Positions 16,627 through 20,716 of a stretch of 20,716 nucleotides of DNA are shown one piece after another. The translations under genes were made by a program, and so were the position numbers. A model generated the notes under the pieces. It searched no databases. It was not told where the DNA came from and saw only the letters and a program-made list of their open reading frames with translations. Source of the stretch: an uncultured virus (IMG/VR IMGVR_UViG_3300043496_000149). Taxonomy: Duplodnaviria; Heunggongvirae; Uroviricota; Caudoviricetes. Every line of letters starts with the position of its first letter. Position 1 is the stretch's first letter. The stretch lies in IMG/VR virus record IMGVR_UViG_3300043496_000149. One strand, 5' to 3'.

Positions 16627-17157
16627 TTATATATTAAAATTAAATTCATATCCAGCACCATCATGACTACCACCACATTCGTGGCATTTTGTGCCCCATT
16701 GCGCTCTTACAGCCTTTGGAAATCCATCCTTAAAATTCAGTCCATAATTAGCAAGTATAGAATTCCACCAGATAACATAATATTTACTTTTTTGTGAAGA
16801 GTCAATTTTATTTGAAAAACAATCAGGACATTTTATAATTATCTCATTATCATCATTAGAACACATATCAGGACAAGCAGCATGATTCTTTTTACAATTA
16901 AAACAACCTCCCAAGTCTATATCATATAGATAATCAATGAATTCATGAAGTTTCTCAGCGTCTTTCTCATTGTCAATCTCAACTATAAAATTCTGAAATG
17001 TTGGTTTATCTATACCAATGGTTTTCTTACTGAATTTTTTATCCTCTGTTTTATTTCTTTTCTTATTCGTATCAAATTTAGTTATTTTGATAATACCATC
17101 TTCTTTCTTAGAAGCGTATTTACAGGTGGTTATTGGAACTATAATTCTTTCAGGCAT
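16627..17157 (-). CDS. Cys-rich protein with four CxxC-type motifs
   Basis: CFNC, CPDMC, CPDC, CHEC. Confidence 0.75.
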   Translation of the reverse strand: MPERIIVPITTCKYASKKEDGIIKITKFDTNKKRNKTEDKKFSKKTIGIDKPTFQNFIVEIDNEKDAEKLHEFIDYLYDIDLGGCFNCKKNHAACPDMCSNDDNEIIIKCPDCFSNKIDSSQKSKYYVIWWNSILANYGLNFKDGFPKAVRAQWGTKCHECGGSHDGAGYEFNFNI

Positions 17158-17167
17158 ATTCGTTCAT

Positions 17168-17431
17168 TCACACACCGAACTTATTATCAACACCATAAGG
17201 AGATTGAACAATAACAGCAGTAGATTCTACTCCTGGAGTTCCTGCAGGCACCGAAGCACCGCAAACACTACATGTCAATTCCCTTTCGGTTTTACCAGTA
17301 CCAAAATCTATAGTATCCGTACAGTCTACATCTCCCCAGGAATTCTCTGAATTCTTACCTTTTTCTGTATGTCTGTGTTGTTCGATAAATTCTTTTGTTT
17401 TACTTATTTCTTGTTCTTGTTTTTGTTCCAT
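17168..17431 (-). CDS. Small protein with CxxC motif
   Basis: LTCSVCG; CTATATATAG palindrome about 24-33 nt upstream. Confidence 0.7.
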   Translation of the reverse strand: MEQKQEQEISKTKEFIEQHRHTEKGKNSENSWGDVDCTDTIDFGTGKTERELTCSVCGASVPAGTPGVESTAVIVQSPYGVDNKFGV

Positions 17432-17517
17432 GAGTATACATGGTGCTTGAAGGGCTATATATAGTCAGATATTTTGTAGTGTCATAAAGTTTTTATGCTC
17501 TATGACATTACAGACAT

Positions 17518-18066
17518 GTGTTCATGATGTCAGTGGATAGAAAGGTTATTGAGGTATTTGAAAGTTTTGTTTTAGGTATTTGTAAATGTAACTGCGGCAC
17601 CGAGATAAATATACGACAAGATCATTATTTGAAAAGATATGTAAAAGGACATTTTAGAAGAACACTAAAAGGTGAAAACCATTGGAATTGGAAAGGTGGA
17701 AAAGCACTGGATAAACGTTATAAACAAATTTGGAGTCCTAACCATCCTTTTCGTAATGGATATGGATGTGTTCTAGAACACAGACTGGTTATGGAAAAAC
17801 ATATTGGAAGATACTTACTTCCTGAAGAGGTAGTTCATCATATGAATAAAAATATTAGAGACAATAGAATTGAAAATCTAATGTTATTTCCAAATAATAA
17901 AGAACATTTAAAATATGAAAGATCTATAAGACCAAAAAATAGATGTTCTAATCCTAATTGTAAGGATCCTGAAAATACTTATGTTGATAAAAATGGGTAT
18001 GACCAATGGTTTAGAGATGGAAAGGGACAGTATTTATGTAGTAAATGTTATAATAGAAAAAAATAA
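17518..18066 (+). CDS. HNH endonuclease with N- and C-terminal zinc modules, opposite strand to neighbours
   Basis: CKCNCG, YVKGH, NHWNWKGG, GCVLEHRLVMEKHIGRYL..EVVHHMNKNIRDNRIENL, LCSKCY; AAAGTTTTTATG promoter at 17486-17497. Confidence 0.9.
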   Translation: MFMMSVDRKVIEVFESFVLGICKCNCGTEINIRQDHYLKRYVKGHFRRTLKGENHWNWKGGKALDKRYKQIWSPNHPFRNGYGCVLEHRLVMEKHIGRYLLPEEVVHHMNKNIRDNRIENLMLFPNNKEHLKYERSIRPKNRCSNPNCKDPENTYVDKNGYDQWFRDGKGQYLCSKCYNRKK

Positions 18067-18089
18067 TCATTGATAGGTATTGGGGTTGA

Positions 18090-19022
18090 TTAACACCACC
18101 CGCGTATGCCACTCTGACTATCATAACTGGAACCAACCAATCTCATAGCATAAATCTTTAGCCAACGTGTCGAAGCTGCTAAAGTTTTTACTCCCATTCT
18201 AAATGTAGCATCAGCATTAGTAGCATTACCTACCAATGGTAGATTTGTTGTTTTAATTATGGTCGTTCCATCACCATCTACTGCTACTATTTTGGAAGAT
18301 GGATACCAATCTATCCTCAAACCAAAAGGTATAGCTCCTGTAGGCACCATATTACCCATATTTTCACCAGACCATGTGGTACCATCAGCACTAAATACAC
18401 GGTTATTGGTGTCTGTACCAGTACATCCCTCAAACCCCAACATGGAATTAACTCCTATAGCATTTTGTATCAATGCCTGTCCGCACCCCATCCTGTAATT
18501 AATAGTAGTATTGTTACTAACTGCATATTTTATCTGTAAAGTAATAGGTTTACCAAAGAAAAGACGACCACCACCAGCTTCACCATTTACAGCATCACTG
18601 CTGGCTGCTGTAGTGGTAGCAATGGTATATTTGGTATGTGCTGAAGTATCTACTGCATCTACAAGTGTTCCGGTGCCTACAACTGTTTTATTGAATGCAG
18701 CAGCAATCATATTAATGGAGTAATCCATCTCTATAATGTCCTTATAATTAGCACGTTTTATGTCGTATAATGTTCCAGATGTAGCATCACTATGGGTGTG
18801 CGGTGCGAAGACGTCCTGTATAACACCATCGTCAGTAATTACATAGATATGTCCTTTTAAATATCCCGCTCCGTCTTCTAAACAGAGAATGTTTAATGGT
18901 TCACCGGCGATGTTGTGGGCTGCAATTTCTGCTCCAGTCATCCTAGTCCACATTCTCTGATTTAGTTCCGGTACACTGAAAACCTCATCTAGAGAAACAA
19001 GCTTTGGCGCAAGGTTCGTTAT
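18090..19022 (-). CDS. Putative virion/tail-fibre-type structural protein (ORF track start 18953; frame extends to ATA at 19022)
   Basis: Thr/Ala/Gly-rich beta-type composition, PHTHSD motif of the HxH kind common in tail fibres; GAGGTG lies 7 nt before the ATA. Confidence 0.65.
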   Translation of the reverse strand: MTNLAPKLVSLDEVFSVPELNQRMWTRMTGAEIAAHNIAGEPLNILCLEDGAGYLKGHIYVITDDGVIQDVFAPHTHSDATSGTLYDIKRANYKDIIEMDYSINMIAAAFNKTVVGTGTLVDAVDTSAHTKYTIATTTAASSDAVNGEAGGGRLFFGKPITLQIKYAVSNNTTINYRMGCGQALIQNAIGVNSMLGFEGCTGTDTNNRVFSADGTTWSGENMGNMVPTGAIPFGLRIDWYPSSKIVAVDGDGTTIIKTTNLPLVGNATNADATFRMGVKTLAASTRWLKIYAMRLVGSSYDSQSGIRGWC

Positions 19023-19077
19023 TGGGAAACACCTCTATTAATCATAATAATATAGGTTATTGAATAGAGTATAAAAA

Positions 19078-19881
19078 TTAGTTGGATTTTTGTCCCAATT
19101 TGGTATCAAAACAATGTTTACAGACATATCCTCCTTTGCTATCAGAACGCCATGTTGATTGACCTGCTCTTGATTCACTCTTTCGAGCACCGCAATCAGA
19201 ACATACCCTACCAGAGAAATCTTTCCTACGATATAATACTTCAGTCCTTACCTGTGAACTAATCCTCTTATAACACTTTTCACATATATATTCTGCTCCT
19301 GTGGTAGGGTGCCTACACCAATGAGGTTGACCGTTCTTACATGGATATGTCGTGTCAGCACCGCACTCAAGACAGACAACTCCATCATAGTCCATTCTAA
19401 ATCCCTTCCTAGGATTATGATGATTCTGGTGGGCTGAACGTGTGATTAATTGAAGGTTTTCGAGTCTATCATCAGACTTTATTTCATTTTTATGATGCAC
19501 TAATTCGTTTTTATTTAGATATCTACCTAAATATTGTTCCATAGTCAATCTAGAACGTTTTACATATCCTTTACTATCCTTATTAGGATGATCTGGTGAT
19601 AGAATTTTTACATATCCATAACTATCTTCAGTCAATCCGCCATTCCATCTTCCATTTAAATTACCCTTAGAAGAATGTCCGTTCTTAAATCTTAATGGTT
19701 TACCATTTTTTCCTATAGTTGGAATCATATCAGGACATTCTGGTGAACATTCACATTTTTTTAACGGTGCTTGCTCTTGTATTTGTTTTATTCTATTCCT
19801 TTTGTAACATGATTGACATATTCCGGCGTAAATATCATGTCTTATCCTATTACATTGATTACATCTTATATCTGTCATCAA
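19078..19881 (-). CDS. HNH endonuclease with multiple zinc fingers, between two structural genes
   Basis: CNQC/CQSC, CECSPEC, FKNGH, LVHHKNEIKSDDRLENLQLITRSAH, then two CxxC...W...CxxC fingers. Confidence 0.9.
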   Translation of the reverse strand: MMTDIRCNQCNRIRHDIYAGICQSCYKRNRIKQIQEQAPLKKCECSPECPDMIPTIGKNGKPLRFKNGHSSKGNLNGRWNGGLTEDSYGYVKILSPDHPNKDSKGYVKRSRLTMEQYLGRYLNKNELVHHKNEIKSDDRLENLQLITRSAHQNHHNPRKGFRMDYDGVVCLECGADTTYPCKNGQPHWCRHPTTGAEYICEKCYKRISSQVRTEVLYRRKDFSGRVCSDCGARKSESRAGQSTWRSDSKGGYVCKHCFDTKLGQKSN

Positions 19882-19921
19882 ACATTTATAATTCTACCCC
19901 ATATATAAATCCAGTAGCTCT

Positions 19922-20617
19922 CTATTCCGAGAGCCTACTACGTCGGTCAATTACATGTAAATGGCTATACACAGTCTTATTCTTTAGGTGATTTACGAAT
20001 TTTGAACTATCGAGCAAACGGTTCACCCAGAAGACAGTATATCCAAATTCATTGGTATCGTTGTGTGTAGCACTGCCAAACGTCTTTACCACAGCATCCT
20101 CTATACCCGTAGGGAATACTGCACCCTGGAATAAGGCGGTGCCTGAAGCGAAGAAGAACCCTGTATCTAGGATTGAGACCCTGGCGTTTTCATCTTCCAC
20201 ATGATCGGAATGGATAGTTGGAGTTTCTGTATTGCCGGTGCCTGACATGATATATAGGAATCTGGTCATATCTTCACCGGTAATGTTCTTGTTTGTAAGT
20301 GATATACCTGGATGGGTGATAACGTTGTGATCTATTGAAGATGTTTTTGGTTTTGGAATGTTATCATCAGGACGTTTAGGCACCACACCATAGTAGATAT
20401 CCACAGCATCACTAACTAATTGGGTAACTAATTCCTTCTTCCCTGAACGGATATCAGCCATAATATCTAGTAACTTGTCATAATTAGCAGCATCGTATAC
20501 GGTGCTCACGCCGAATCCTGCTTCTTGTATAGGTTCTATATCAAAATTAGTAATCTTTTTTAATTTATCTTGACTTGGTGATAGTTGTTGTTGTTGTTGA
20601 TGTTCCTGAAGGACCAT
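19922..20617 (-). CDS. Putative tail/baseplate-associated structural protein
   Basis: HNVITHPG...YIMSGTGNT.TPT.....VEDENARV resembles the N.IT..G...IA.GTG...P......L..E..R pattern of caudoviral tail proteins. Confidence 0.55.
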   Translation of the reverse strand: MVLQEHQQQQQLSPSQDKLKKITNFDIEPIQEAGFGVSTVYDAANYDKLLDIMADIRSGKKELVTQLVSDAVDIYYGVVPKRPDDNIPKPKTSSIDHNVITHPGISLTNKNITGEDMTRFLYIMSGTGNTETPTIHSDHVEDENARVSILDTGFFFASGTALFQGAVFPTGIEDAVVKTFGSATHNDTNEFGYTVFWVNRLLDSSKFVNHLKNKTVYSHLHVIDRRSRLSE

Positions 20618-20716
20618 ATATAGTTATTATGTTACTGTAAGTCACTTAATAATATTATATTTAAGGATGGTCATATAATATACTAATAGTAGGTATAAGA
20701 AGAGATGATATTAACC

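Larger units (their letters stand above)
234..20505. repeat. Dispersed asymmetric motif CGGTGC(BBRVA), about 50 core copies on both strands
   Basis: Manual scan, e.g. CGGTGC at 920, 1258, 1867, 4066, 5854, 6299, 6538, 8211, 9254, 9795, 10862, 11636, 15607, 18801, 20500; GCACCG at 234, 2076, 2795, 5227, 6135, 9691, 13429, 15648, 16530, 17248, 19187. Confidence 0.92.

Noticed and set aside
234..20505. CRISPR array or REP-like repeats as explanation of the recurring motif
   Set aside because: Core is only 6-11 bp, irregularly spaced, both orientations, mostly inside genes; no cas genes.
1..20716. Stop-codon reassignment as cause of the many short ORFs
   Set aside because: Long genes read normally, and TAA, TGA and TAG all end genes at homologous or tightly coupled positions.

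Overview
AT-rich (roughly 30-33% GC by eye), gene-dense segment that reads as part of an archaeal tailed-virus or provirus genome, most plausibly infecting Nitrososphaerales (ammonia-oxidising archaea). Evidence: an archaeal primase large-subunit (PriL)-like gene, TATA boxes about 25-30 nt upstream of start codons, oligo-T terminators, two tail/virion-type genes, five free-standing HNH endonuclease genes with zinc-finger modules, two expanded families of small Cys-rich proteins, a SAM methyltransferase, a collagen-like glycoprotein and a paralogous pair of lectin-like proteins. The most striking unexplained signal is an asymmetric GC-rich motif, core CGGTGC, extended consensus about CGGTGC-B-B-R-V-A. 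I count about 50 exact core copies by hand (about 1-2 expected), on both strands, inside and between genes. It is largely absent from four of the five HNH genes. Also notable: the PriL lacks its Fe-S cysteines, and three genes appear to start at ATA/ATT. No rRNA, tRNA, CRISPR array, integrase or reverse transcriptase was seen. All counts are manual and all family assignments come from motif recognition, not database searches.
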